DNA from: Octopus vulgaris | Taxonomy: Eukaryota | NCBI GenBank assembly: GCA_951406725.2 | Contig: OX597816.1 | Location: 99,076,001 to 99,140,000, forward strand | Reading direction: 5' to 3' | Length of the DNA stretch: 64,000 nucleotides | In this document: positions 26,911 to 41,761 of the stretch, piece by piece | How the letters are laid out: the number at the start of each line of letters is the position of its first letter | Position numbering within the stretch: position 1 is the first letter of the stretch | Program-made: the position numbers and the translations under genes | Notes under the pieces: model-generated | Seen by the model: only the letters and a program-made list of their open reading frames with translations | Told to the model about the DNA's origin: nothing | Database searches by the model: none

Positions 26911-27395
26911 GAGGAGGTTTAGTGTTTGAGTGTGTGTTTGTGAGTGTGTGTAAGCGTGTGTGTACTGTTTCCTAATTTTATGCATTGACGCTCGTGGGAT
27001 TATCGAGTTTATACGCCAAGAATGTCAGAAAAAGCCTTATAAAGATATAGTATTATCATTATAGTTTATTCGTTTTCGGATAATTCCATGCTGTTTTCCA
27101 TAACGAATAATTTCCCAGTTTACGAAATTGATAATAGATTATATTTACTAATATACACTTGAATTAATTGCAGTTATTCTTCCACTTAATAGACAGAACC
27201 TCCCGTCAAGAATATTTAAACCGAAAATAGTAAACAAGAAAGATAACTCAAATGATATTGCCTGAACAAAGTTTTTGAAAACTTCAGATAATGCAGTTCT
27301 AGATGGATTTTCTAAGTCATCTGATGAAAGCAATGGGCACGTTTTGATCTTGTTAGAACTCATCAAAGACCCATATTGATTGATGTTATTCTTAT

Positions 27396-27565
27396 AGGCG
27401 CAGGAGTGGCTGTGTGGTAAGTAGCTTGCTTACCAAATACATGGTTCCGGGTTCAGTCCCACTGCGTGGCATCTTGGGCAAGTGTCTTCTGCTATAGCCC
27501 CGGGCCGACCAATGCCTTGTGAGTGGATTTGGTAGACAGAAACTGAAAGAAGCCTGTCGTATATA

Positions 27566-27611
<46 letters not shown>

Positions 27612-27832
27612 TGGGGGGTTGTGTGTCTGTGTTCGTCCCCCTAGCATTGCTTGACAACCGATGCTGGTGTGTTTACGTCCTCGTCACTTAGCGGTTCGGC
27701 AAAAGAGACTGATAGAATAAGTACTGGGCTTACAAGGAATAAGTCCCGGAGTCGATTTGCTCGACTAAAGGCGGTGCTCCTGCATGGCCGCAGTCAAATG
27801 ACTGAAACAAGAAAGAGAGTAAAAGAGAGTAT
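27396..27832 (+). mobile_element. Full-length tRNA-derived SINE with CORE-like segment, internal (TA)n and LINE-derived 3' tail
   Basis: A box tggctgtgtgg, B box ggttcagtccc, CORE-like cttgggcaagtgtctt, and a 3' end shared with the local LINEs. Confidence 0.85.
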
Positions 27833-28468
27833 GAATGATACGTAAAAATACTCCCGCTGTTTATGCATATCAACAACAGGACAGAAATGAAAATGCCTCG
27901 GAGAGCGCTCTGCATGAGTTCTGTATATGGAAAGACCCAAACGAATGCACAGAAACACATACAGCAGACAGCGACTTGCATAAGCGCATACACCACATTC
28001 CTCCATCCTGCGGCATATGCATTTATTCAAAGGTATCAGTAGCATCCCATCGTGCAATATTTTACAACGTTGATCTTTTCTCGCTGCTGTTTGTGATCTC
28101 TTGTGAATATCACTCTAGCCAGTGTTCATAAATTACTGTAACACAGTAAACGTAGTGATTAGTAAATGGTTCCCTAATTAGGCGTAAGTCCATGAATTTA
28201 ATTCGGAATGTAGTATCAGTGCGTAGTTTTAACATATTTCTTAAGTTATATCAATTTACTTCAACATATAATCGAATTCGATGAAGACGACTAATTTCAT
28301 ACGTTATTTCCCACCCTACAAGGATCATTTAATAGATAACACTATTTGGTAACCAAAAGCAATAATGGCTTAAACTATAAAAATGTATCTCTAGTTTTAC
28401 AATCGCATTGTAAATTATATTATCAAATTTTCCGTCTTATAGGCACTGTCATGTAATTACTGATATAT

Positions 28469-28620
28469 ATGAGGGGTGCCGAAAACTTCCTGGCTTTGGG
28501 GAAAAGAAAATAAAGGTGGTTTTAATTATGATTTCATTTAACATATTCCCCTCTCAGATTCGCACACTTTTGCAGCTGTCCTTCAGTTTTTCTAAGTAGT
28601 GTACAGGAATGCGGAAGGTT
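28469..28620 (-). mobile_element. Mariner 3' end fragment with TIR
   Basis: [12 protein letters not shown] resembles the mariner C-terminus (KC...GDYVE); TIR-like tatgaggggtgccgaaaacttcctggc. Confidence 0.55.
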
Positions 28621-28643
28621 GGGCATCCAACCAGGCCTTATAT

Positions 28644-28708
<65 letters not shown>

Positions 28709-28802
28709 TACATATATATATAAATATACATATATACATATATATATATATACATATATATATATACATATATATAAATACAAATATATATATACATATA
28801 TA

Positions 28803-31800
28803 TAAATCCTTAAATCCTTAAAAATGTTTTAGCCCGAATGCCGCGGCCATGCTGGGGCACCACCGCTGAATGAGCTACACTAGTTTGTGAATCCACCTCT
28901 GATACGTGGCACTTGATCGACAAGGGAGTTCGATGCTGCTGCCCGCATCCGTGTCTCCTGTCGTGAGGTAGGTTCATCTGGGACTCCCAACAAGAAGAGA
29001 TCCAGTTTAGTTTTAAAGAAACCCACATCCACACCATGTAAGTCTCTCAGGCATTTAGGGAGGATGTTAAAGAGCTGTGGTCCTCTGAAACCCAAGCTGT
29101 TGCAGTATCTGGACCTGTATTTTGATGGTGATGTTGGAATCCTTGGCACCACGCAGCGGCGCCCCGTTCTGCGGTTGGAGTAACTTTGAATGCCAAAGTT
29201 TGGGACAAGACCCTCCAGGATTTTCCAGATGTATATCACTGCATATCTCTCCCGCCTCCGCTCCAGGGAGAAGAGGTTTAATACCTTCAGTCTTTCCCAG
29301 TAGCTGACATTTTGCATTGAGACGATTTTCTTTGTGTAGCTTCTCTGAGTTGCTTCGAGTTCTGCTGTTTGTTTTATATTGTGTGGTGACCAAAGTTGGG
29401 AGCAGTAGTCCAAGCGGCTGAGGACAAATGTTTTCCATAGGACCATCAGTGTCTCCTTCTCTCTTGTTCTGAAAGTTCGGAGAATCCATCCAGCTAGCCG
29501 TCTGCATTTTATCACCAGATTAGCAATATGCATTTGGAAAGATGCATCATTGCTCATGTCAATGCCCAGGTCACGCACTGATTTTGACTCAGGGATTGCA
29601 ATTCTTCCTGGGCCAGTGTATCCAGTCTTCACGTCATTTACCTTTGTGTGCCAGTAGCGCAGGGCCTGGAACTTACCTGCATTAAACTGCATGTTGTTGT
29701 CCTCAGCCCACCTGTATATTGTGTCCAGCTCATGTTGCAGATGCGCAATATTTTCAGGGTTTTGTATTGCGTGGGAGACTTTTGTGTCATCTGCATAGCT
29801 AGCAAGGGTGGTCATCGTAGCAACTGAAGGCATGTCTGAAAGGACCACTATGAACATCAGTGGCCTGTGCCCTGTGGGACACCGCTTGTTATTTGCGTTT
29901 CCTTGGAGGTGGCTCCATTGCTCACAACTGCCTGTTTTCTGTCTTTTAGGAAGTTGTGCAGCCACTCTCCAAGTTTCCCGCCTATGCCGAGACCACGCAG
30001 TTTGTGACAGATCATACCATGGTCGACTTTATCAAAGGCTTTTGCAAAGTCGAGATATATTACATCCACATTTGAGCCATTTAGTAGCTGTTTCAACACC
30101 CAGTCATAGTGTTGCAGGAGCTGTGTTAGGCAGCCTCTACCTGGTCGAAATCCATGCTGGGTGTCAGACAGTAAGTCATTTTCTTCAAGGAACATGATTA
30201 GTTTCTTACGGACTATTCGTTCCATGACTTTGCTGATGTGTGAGGTCAGAGAGATAGGCCTATAATTTTTAGCATCTGCTCTGCTACCTCCCTTATGGAT
30301 AGGGCATATTACCTCCTCTTTCAGTTTGACTGGGAGCTTACCACTTGCAAGAAAGCTCTGAAAAAGAAGCTGTAGCGGTTTTGCAAGGGCTCGTTTGCAC
30401 GATTTGAGAAGGATCGCTGGGAATCCATCAGGTCCAGCAGCTGAGTTTGTGTCAATCTCATCAATGGCTAGTGTGATATCATCTTCTTCGATGTTGATGT
30501 ACTCAATTTTTGTCTCTTTGGCCACTGGTAAAGTGGCAAAGAATTCTTCTGGGTTGTTTACTTGCCTGTGTCCTAGAGGTGTAGTGAACACACTTTGGAA
30601 CTGTTCGTTCAGTATTTCACTTATCCTCGTGGGGTTTCCTGTGAGAGAGCCATCTTTTTGGAAGAGAGGTCCTATTCTCTGGTGCACTGTGGCTGTCTCT
30701 TTGGCAAACTTAAAGAAAGCTTTAGGGTTTGATTTTATATTTTCTATTACCCAAGCTTCTTTATCTGCTCTCTCCTTTTCATTTTTCTCAGTTTCCATTA
30801 GCATTCTTTCGAGCCGAGACTTCTCACCACTTTTGGTGTGCTTGCTCAGGCGGTTTGCAATCCTTGTCCGTCGTCTCATAAGAATCCTCCTTTCTCTAGG
30901 GATCCTGTTTTTGTTCTTGTGTGTGCTGGCCCTGCACATTGGGACATATTTGTCACATATGGCTTGTATTATGGACATGAAGTGTTTGTGTTTCATGTTT
31001 ATGTCCGGTGTGGAGAGACATTCAGGCCAATCCTGTTTGAGGATCTCTTTCTCAATCGACTTCCAGTTGGCTTTATGAAAGTTTAAGTTGGAGAGATGGT
31101 GGGTGCTTCGTATAGGCTGTGTGTCTGCGGGGGCTTTTGTTCCATACATAGACAGCTCTATTATGTTGTGATCCGAGATCATTGTCGGCATCACATTAAC
31201 ATTATGGATAATATCCATATTGTTTGTGAAGCAGAGATCCAGTATATTATCTGCCCTTGTTGGTTGCAGAACTATTTGCTCCATGAAAGAGGCATTTGTG
31301 AGATGGAGCAGGGACTCCACCTGTGCCTGCTGATGGTGTTTCATCCCTGGGAGCATCTGCCCCCCAGGCCATTCCACATTGGGGAGGTTAAAGTCACCCA
31401 TGAAGAATACACTGTTGTGCTGTTCAAGGTTGGTGAGGACTTCTCCTATTTTTGTTAGGCAGTCTTCAAACATGCCTGAGTGTGTTGGGGCATCTGGTGG
31501 GCGATATGTAGTGCATATGACGATATTCAGTTGTCTTATGTGTACAATTTGAGTTTCACATACTGAGTTTGAATATGACAGCAGGACCTGGGGCGTGAGG
31601 TCATCTCGGATGTACATTGCAACTCCACCATGGCTCCTCCCTTTTCTATCTGTGCGTATGACTGCATATTGCAGCATGTGTATTTCTGCATCTCCTATAT
31701 CGGGTTCAAGATGCGTTTCTGTGAGTGCCATGCATATAGCTTGATTGCATGTCACAAGGTCTCTCAGGAATGAAATTTTCTTTTTACAGTTTCCGCGCAG

Positions 31801-32012
31801 CAGCCCTCCTACATTCAATAGAAATATTTTTGTGGTGTGTGTGTTGGTGCCTGTTGTGGCCATCCTGCATCTGTTGGAGGTGGCCTTATATGGTGGTAGT
31901 TCCAGCTTTGTGCTTGTAGCCAGGTCAGCTGCTGAACAATATTTTGTGCCATGCACAAAAAAGACTGCTGTTCAGCTGCCGCCCTTCTCACATCTGGGTG
32001 AAGCTGGCCACC
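28803..32012 (-). mobile_element. Near full-length LINE (APE endonuclease + RT; CR1/L2-group or Proto2-like, clade unresolved), 5' end cut at (TA)n
   Basis: ORF2 spans 31956-28880; short 3' UTR with ggtgccccagcatggcc and an (AAGGATTT)n tail. Confidence 0.95.
28880..31956 (-). pseudogene. LINE ORF2 (endonuclease-reverse transcriptase) with one frameshift near 29865
   Basis: APE motifs ALTETHL, YRPP, MGDFN, LDL, SDHN; RT motifs [26 protein letters not shown]. Split between ORFs 29857-31956 and 28880-29965. Confidence 0.95.
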
Positions 32013-32036
32013 TGTATATATATATACATATATATA

Positions 32037-32858
32037 TGATTGATTGATTGATTGATTCTAGTTTCAGCTCATGAGCTGTGGCCATGCTGGGGCACCGCCA
32101 TTTGGTGTTGCTACATGGTTTTACTTCACGAATGCTTTTTAGCAACTGCCATTTGGTGCATGAGAGAGTTCGATGCAGCTGCCCTCATCTGCACCTCCTG
32201 CCGTGGAGTTGGTTCATCTGGGATACCTGACAGGAAGAGATCCAGTTTCATTTTAAAGACATCTGCATCCACCCCATGCAGGTCTCTTAGGTTCTTCAGG
32301 AGGATATTGAAGAGCTGTGGGCCTCGGAAGCCCAGGCTATCACAGTATCTTGTCCTACATCTTGATGGCAAATTTGGAGTCCTAGGCACCACGCAGTGGC
32401 GCCCAGTTCTGGCATTTGTGTAACTCTCGATGCCAAAGTTTGGGACAAGTCCCTCCAGGATCTTCCAGATGTATATTATGGCATATCTTTCTCGCCTACG
32501 CTCCAAGGAATAGAGTTTTAATCTCTTGAGTCTTTCCCAGCAGCTTATATTCTGCATAGAGGCTTTCTTCTTCGTGTAGCTACGTTGGATCACCTCAAGT
32601 TCTGTGATCAACTTGACACTGGATGGTGACCATAGCTGAGAGCAATAGTCAAAGTGGCTTAGGACAAGTGTCCTCCAGAGGACCATCATGGTTTCTTGTT
32701 CTCTTGATCTAAAGGTTCCGAGAATCCATCCGGCCAGTCGTCTACATTTCATTGCCAATTTAGCAACATGTACACGAAAGGTTGCGTCATCACTCATGTA
32801 AATACCTAGGTCACGCACTGATTGTGCCTCTGGGATTGCAATTCCTCCGGGTCCAGTG
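32037..32858 (-). mobile_element. 5'-truncated LINE 3' end with (AATC)n tail
   Basis: ORF 32126-32818 is closely similar to the C-terminus of 37357-38577. Confidence 0.95.
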
Positions 32859-32908
32859 TATTATATATACATATATATACATATATATAAACACATATAT
32901 ATATATAC

Positions 32909-32957
<49 letters not shown>

Positions 32958-33018
32958 TATATGTATATATATACATATATATATGTATATATATACATAT
33001 ATATATGTATATATATAC

Positions 33019-33101
<83 letters not shown>

Positions 33102-33134
33102 TCTATACAATATGTTACATTACTCGGTAGTCAA

Positions 33135-33195
33135 GATAAAACTCTGAGTTTCAGATGCCGAAGTGGAAATCCACAACACCATCTCTTCGGTTATC
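33135..33195 (-). ncRNA. Type I hammerhead ribozyme motif in PLE pseudo-LTR
   Basis: GAUAA-CCGAAGA-GAUG...CAUC-U-GAA-ACUC(A)GAGU-U-UUAUC: stem I GAUAA/UUAUC and a near-palindromic stem III. Confidence 0.7.
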
Positions 33196-33389
33196 TGGCT
33201 ATTTGAAAACGTTATGAAAAAATACCGTTAAAAAAGAAGGAAATTACTCTGTTATAACTCTGCTTTGCCTGCGTACTTATACATCGCTCGCATTTTTCGT
33301 CATAAAAATTATATAAAAATACATAAAAATATATAAAAATATATAAAAATATATAAAATCTTCTTGGGACATAACACAGAAAGCATGTT

Positions 33390-34060
33390 CTATCCGTTTT
33401 CTTTAGGGGACCAAAAACGTAACAGAAATTTAGTCACATGTGGGCATGATCCGAAAAGCTCTGTCCTTGTATTTAGACATGTGGTAGGGTCTAAGCTGCT
33501 TTTCCAGATAAGCCATCTCTCCATGTCGCATAAACCGCACCTTCCGCTGCCGTTAGTATAGGGCTTACATCTGGCCAAAATCTTCCATTGTATGTTATAA
33601 TCGACACCTTTATCTCTTAAAGACCAAATATGATTGGATAATTGTGTCGCTTTTCTTTTGTTCCAGTGCCTAAAGCTCAAAGTGTGGTTATTGAACCTGG
33701 CCTTGAAATTACCCTCTGTCAGGCCCACGTATTTCTTCGTCGAAACGGTGTCTTTAGTGGTTATAGAGTTTACGGTAGCTTCATATATGATGGTCTTGGA
33801 CATGCAAGCTCCATTTAGCGGGCACAATTCTTTATTCCTGCATGAAGAGCTGTTTTCTTCTTGTATTTTTTGTATGTTATGATTGATTATGTTTTTAAAA
33901 TTGGTAGTTGAACTAAAACTAATTTTTAAATTGTGTCTATTGAAGAGTTTCCTATAAGCATGGTTAACTGGAAAATGTCTTTCTATCAGTGCTAGGAAAT
34001 ATTTACCTATATTGAAGGCCACCTCGGGTGAGTAAGGGGGCGTAAACCAGATGACCTTCC
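33390..34060 (-). pseudogene. PLE C-terminal GIY-YIG endonuclease domain (truncated ORF)
   Basis: IWFTPPYS, CPLNGAC, IIYEA...KYVGLTEGNFKARFNNH, LSNHIW, C..C..E, LNTRTEL...CPH. Confidence 0.9.
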
Positions 34061-34370
34061 TATTTCTATTATTCCTTTTCCTTACTGATGGGCTTTTCGG
34101 ACAGAGCTTTTCGGATCATGCCCACATGTGACTAAATTTCTGTTACGTTTTTGGTCCCCTAAAGAAAACGGATAGAACATGCTTTCTGTGTTATGTCCCA
34201 AGAAGATTTTATATATTTTTATATATTTTTATATATTTCTATGTATTTTTATATAATTTTTATGACGAAAAATGCGAGCGATGTATAAGTACGCAGGCAA
34301 AGCAGAGTTATAACAGAGTAATTTCCCTTCTTTTTTAACGGTATTTTTTCATAACGTTTTCAAATAGCCA

Positions 34371-34431
34371 GATAACCGAAGATATGGTGTTGTGGATTTC
34401 CACTTCGGCATCTGAAACTCAGAGTTTTATC
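34371..34431 (+). ncRNA. Type I hammerhead ribozyme motif (inverted pseudo-LTR copy)
   Basis: Reverse complement of 33135-33195 with one substitution at the base of stem II. Confidence 0.65.
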
Positions 34432-34658
34432 TTGACTACCGAGTAATGTAACATATTGTATAGATAAATTTCCGCTATTTACATAATATTGAGGTCTCTT
34501 TCTTTCTTTTGTTATCTTACCGTTTTATCAATATATATACATATATATATATATATACATATATATATATGTATATATACATATATACATATATATATAT
34601 ACATATATGCATATATATATATACATATACGTATATATATACATATATATATATATAC

Positions 34659-34739
<81 letters not shown>

Positions 34740-34810
34740 TACATATATATATCCATATACATATATATATATACATATATACATATATATATCCATATAT
34801 ATATATATAC

Positions 34811-34867
<57 letters not shown>

Positions 34868-35034
34868 CATATATACATATATACATATATATATACATAT
34901 ATACATATATATATATATACATATATATGTACATATATACATATATACATATACATATATATACATATATATATATACATATATATACATATACATATAT
35001 ATACATATACATATATATATATATATACATATAT

Positions 35035-36079
35035 ACAGCCACAGTGCACCAGAGAATAGGACCTCTCTTCCAAAAAGATGGCTCTCTCACAGGAAACCCC
35101 ACGAGGATAAGTGAAATACTGAACGAACAGTTCCAAAGTGTGTTCACTACACCTCTAGGACACAGGCAAGTAAACAACCCAGAAGAATTCTTTGCCACTT
35201 TACCAGTGGCCAAAGAGACAAAAATTGAGTACATCAACATCGAAGAAGATGATATCACACTAGCCATTGATGAGATTGACACAAACTCAGCTGCTGGACC
35301 TGATGGATTCCCAGCGATCCTTCTCAAATCGTGCAAACGAGCCCTTGCAAAACCGCTACAGCTTCTTTTTCAGAGCTTTCTTGCAAGTGGTAAGCTCCCA
35401 GTCAAACTGAAAGAGGAGGTAATATGCCCTATCCATAAGGGAGGTAGCAGAGCAGATGCTAAAAATTATAGGCCTATCTCTCTGACCTCACACATCAGCA
35501 AAGTCATGGAACGAATAGTCCGTAAGAAACTAATCATGTTCCTTGAAGAAAATGACTTACTGTCTGACACCCAGCATGGATTTCGACCAGGTAGAGGCTG
35601 CCTAACACAGCTCCTGCAACACTATGACTGGGTGTTGAAACAGCTACTAAATGGCTCAAATGTGGATGTAATATATCTCGACTTTGCAAAAGCCTTTGAT
35701 AAAGTCGACCATGGTATGATCTGTCACAAACTGCGTGGTCTCGGCATAGGCGGGAAACTTGGAGAGTGGCTGCACAACTTCCTAAAAGACAGAAAACAGG
35801 CAGTTGTGAGCAATGGAGCCACCTCCAAGGAAACGCAAATAACAAGCGGTGTCCCACAGGGCACAGGCCACTGATGTTCATAGTGGTCCTTTCAGACATG
35901 CCTTCAGTTGCTACGATGACCACCCTTGCTAGCTATGCAGATGACACAAAAGTCTCCCACGCAATACAAAACCCTGAAAATATTGCGCATCTGCAACATG
36001 AGCTGGACACAATATACAGGTGGGCTGAGGACAACAACATGCAGTTTAATGCAGGTAAGTTCCAGGCCCTGCGCTACTG
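35035..36079 (+). mobile_element. Inverted internal copy (1045 bp) of LINE segment 29652-30696
   Basis: Identical translations, including the same GVPQGTGH frameshift. Confidence 0.95.
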
Positions 36080-36142
36080 TATATACATACAATTATGTTA
36101 ATATAACTTAACATAATTAGATAGATAGATAATATATCAAGA

Positions 36143-36844
36143 ATGTCCAGAGCTTGGAAACGTGATGAACTGGTATGGTTCCTGCGAGGATGGCAATGCG
36201 CTGACGGAGAAAGTCCAAGTAACATAATTGCGGCAGCACTAAAGAACAAAGGATTCAAAAGGACATCAGCACAAATAGAGCGGAAGAGGCAAGAGTTCGT
36301 ACGCTCATACGCACTTGTCAGATCGCACATAAACACACTGGATGCCATTTTTAACAGCGAAAAACGCGAACAAAGTAAAGATGGCAAGGATGGAGACGTG
36401 GGCGCAGATGAGGAGGGTCACCCCCACCTGGTGGACGCCCAGGAAGAAAACTCCAACGATAGGCCTGCCCGGGAGGTGAACCCAGGTACGGATGCTCCTA
36501 CCGGCTCCAAAAGCCGTGGACATGGAGATGAAGAGGCCAAAAAAGAGGAAAAACTGAAGCTAAAACTCAGACAAAGCCAAGGGACAAGGCAGCCAGGGAC
36601 AGAGGCAAACCTAACGGTCCATATGCCAAAAAGGATGGAAACAAGCAGCGCACACGGGTATGTAGGTTCTACCTGAAAGGTGCCTGCCGGCATGGAGAGG
36701 AAGGTGCAGGCTGCCGCTTTGCACATCCGGGACCCTGCCACAGAAACCAACCACCGAAAGGAAATGGGATGGACCAGGCATCACCTGCCCCAAAACGGAG
36801 GTACGCAGATGTGGTGCGTACCACAAACCACCAACGTGTTGTTG
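36143..36844 (+). pseudogene. Candidate LINE ORF1: trihelix/Myb-SANT-like N-terminus plus CCCH zinc finger, frameshifted
   Basis: WKRDELVWFL...IAAALKNKGFKRTSAQIERKRQEFVRSY. Another frame at ~36661-36726 encodes CRFYLKGACRHGEEGAGCRFAH. Lies upstream of ORF2 across the gap. Confidence 0.6.
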
Positions 36845-36944
36845 NNNNNNNNNNNNNNNNNNNNNNNNNNNNNNNNNNNNNNNNNNNNNNNNNNNNNNNN
36901 NNNNNNNNNNNNNNNNNNNNNNNNNNNNNNNNNNNNNNNNNNNN
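36845..36944. other. Assembly gap (100 N)
   Basis: Run of n. Confidence 1.
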
Positions 36945-38645
36945 GACGATAGATTACATCGATATAAAGGAAGACGATGTAACCAAGGCTATAGATGAAA
37001 TGAAAACAGACTCAGCTACTGGCCCCGATGGATTCCCGGCAATCCTCCTAAAAGCATGTAAGAGAGTCCTAGCAAGACCACTGCAGTTCCTCTTTTCAGA
37101 GCTTCCTTGCAGCTGGCAAACTTCCAGGAAAACTGAAGGAAGGTAAAATATGCCCCATTCATAAAGGAGGTAGCAGAGCGGAAGCCAAGAACTATAGACC
37201 TATCTCTCTGACCTCACACATCAGCAAGGTCATGGAACGAATAGTCAGAAGGAAGCTGATCACCTTCCTTGAAGAGAATGACTTGCTGCCCGACACCCAA
37301 CATGGTTTCCGACCAGGAGAAGCTGTTTAACTCAGCTCCTACAACACTATGACTGGGTGCTGAAACGGCTGCTCAACCACTCAAATGTGGAAGTGATATA
37401 TCTCGACTTTGCAAAGGCCTTTGATAAAGTCGATCATGGAATGATATGTCACAAACTGCGTGATCTCAACATAGTTGGAAAACTGGGAGAATGGCTTCAT
37501 GACTTTCTGAAGGATAGAAGTCAGGTGGTAGTAGCCAATGGGGCCACCTCCATTAACACACAAATAGTGAGCGGTGTTCCGCAGGGCACTGTTCTGGGAC
37601 CACTACTGTTCATAATGGCCCTCTCAGACATGCCCTCAGCCACGCAGAGAGCCACGATCACAAGTTATGCAGATGATACAAAAGTCTCACAGGCAATACA
37701 GAACCCTGAGGACACTAAACACCTGCAATGTGAGCTGGACGAAATATACAAGTGGGCTGAAAAGAATAGCATGCAGTTCAATGCTGGAAAGTTTCAAGCT
37801 TTATACTATCAGCATGCAAAACTGAATGCAATACCCAATGAATACACTGGACCCGGAGGGATTGCAATCCCAGAGGCACAATCAGTGCGTGACCTTGGTA
37901 TTCACATGAGTGATGACGCGACCTTTCATGTACATGTTGCTAAACTGACAATGAAATGTAGACGGCTGGCTGGATGGATTCTTAGAACCTTTAGAACAAG
38001 AGAACAAGAAACCATGATGGTCCTCTGGAAGACACTTGTCCTAAGCCACTTTGACTATTGCTCTCAGCTATGGTCACCATCCAGTGTCAAGTTGATCACA
38101 GAACTTGAGGCGATCCAACGAAGCTACACAAAGAAGATAGCCTCTATGCAGAATGTAAGCTACTGGGAAAGACTCAAGAGATTAAAATTATATTCCCTGG
38201 AGCGTAGGCGGGAAAGATATGCCATAATATACATCTGGAAGATCCTGGAGGGAAGTGTCCTGAACTTTGGCATCGAGAGTTACGCAAATGCCAGAACTGG
38301 GCACCACTGCGTGGTGCCTAGGACTCCAAACCTGCCATCAAGATGTAGGACAAGATTCTGTGATAGCCTGGGCTTCCGAGGCCCACAGCTCTTCAATATC
38401 CTCCCGAAGAACCTGAGAGACCTGCATGGGGTGGATACAGATGTCTTTAAAATGAAGCTGGATCTCTTCCTGTCAGGTGTCCCAGATGAACCAACTTCAC
38501 GGCAGGAGGGGCAGATGAGGGCAGCTGCATCGAACTCTCTCATGCACCAAATAGCAGTTGCTAGAAAGCCTCCATGAAGTGAAACCAAGTAGCAACACCA
38601 AATGGCGGTGCCCCAGCATGGCCACAGCTCATAAGCTGAAACTAG
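36945..38645 (+). mobile_element. LINE ORF2 RT region and 3' UTR (second subfamily), frameshifted
   Basis: [25 protein letters not shown] and YSLERRRERY motifs; 3' stem-loop cagctcataagctg. Confidence 0.95.
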
Positions 38646-39119
38646 ATATTTCATTATTGCTATTATTATTATAATTAGTATTATTTTTATTATTATTATT
38701 ATTATTTATTATATTTCCAATCCTATTTATACTGTTGTTACTATTTTTATTTTTATTATTATTGTTATTTTTCTTTTTATTTGTATTAGTGCTGTATTTG
38801 TCTAACCTATGTGTGTTTATTGTTGTTATTCTATCCTGAGTATTAAAGTTAATATTACATATATTTTATTCTACCATTATATCCTGCGTTATGTAATGCT
38901 TTGTTGTATTTTTCCCTATGTCTATTGAATATCTCTTCATCCGAAGATAGGTTATAAATTTGTTTACTTATGCTATAGTAGTATAGGCATTTTTTTATTT
39001 GTGGAGGGTGATTACTGGAATTATTTATATATCTTAAATTATAATTTTGTATATCACATAAGGTTCAAGGAGTCCAGTATTAATGTTGCAATTAACATCT
39101 AGATATATATGTGCATGCA

Positions 39120-39185
<66 letters not shown>

Positions 39186-39949
39186 AATAAGAAATATGGA
39201 GAAACAAATTTAGTTTGTTCATCAACTTACGGATATTATAATGTTAGATTATTTATTCATTTTACATATATATATACATCAAAAGCATACAAAATATATA
39301 TATAATATCAATAGATAAGATAATAATACATATATACAGATTTTAAAAGTCATATTATAAATATAATGAAATCCTGAAATATACATATATATACATTTCA
39401 GCCTATGTCAAAAGTGAATCTAATTTTCATTGTCAACATATATATATAGGCATTATAAAAAAATATATAATACTTATATGTTACATATATATACCATACG
39501 CCTCGTCAGAGGTTATAATTAACTTTAAAGTATCAATATATAATATTGATATACTAAACATGCTGCATGTATATACTAGAATTTTCTCTGATTTTTCAGA
39601 TCTTTGTATGCTAGGCTACTGGTTTTATACATTGATATTAATATATATAATATATACATATATATACACATATATATATATATACAAATTGAGATACACA
39701 TATATGCACATATATATACACATATATAACACAATATATGCTATATACATATTAATACATAAATATATACATGATTGCGATGCAATCAATTCATATATAC
39801 TGTATATATATGGGCAAAGGTATATACATGATATATACCACAAATTACTAATACAAGATAAGAAACATATGAAATACATCTAAATATACATATATATACC
39901 AGATAATATCAATCACATACTTTATTAAACCACCACATAAGAGACTGTA

Positions 39950-41760
<1,811 letters not shown>

Positions 41761-41761
41761 T

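Larger units (their letters stand above)
33101..34532 (-). mobile_element. 5'-truncated PLE with GIY-YIG coding region and inverted pseudo-LTRs (33101-33466 / 34099-34465)
   Basis: ~365 bp inverted repeat around a GIY-YIG ORF, a one-sided tail at 34466-34532, and (TA)n on both sides. Confidence 0.92.

Noticed and set aside
30395-31458. Plus-strand ORFs opposite the LINE
   Set aside because: Antisense shadows of ORF2.
38935-39020. CCGAAGA hammerhead-like start
   Set aside because: No matching stem II closure with GAAA downstream.
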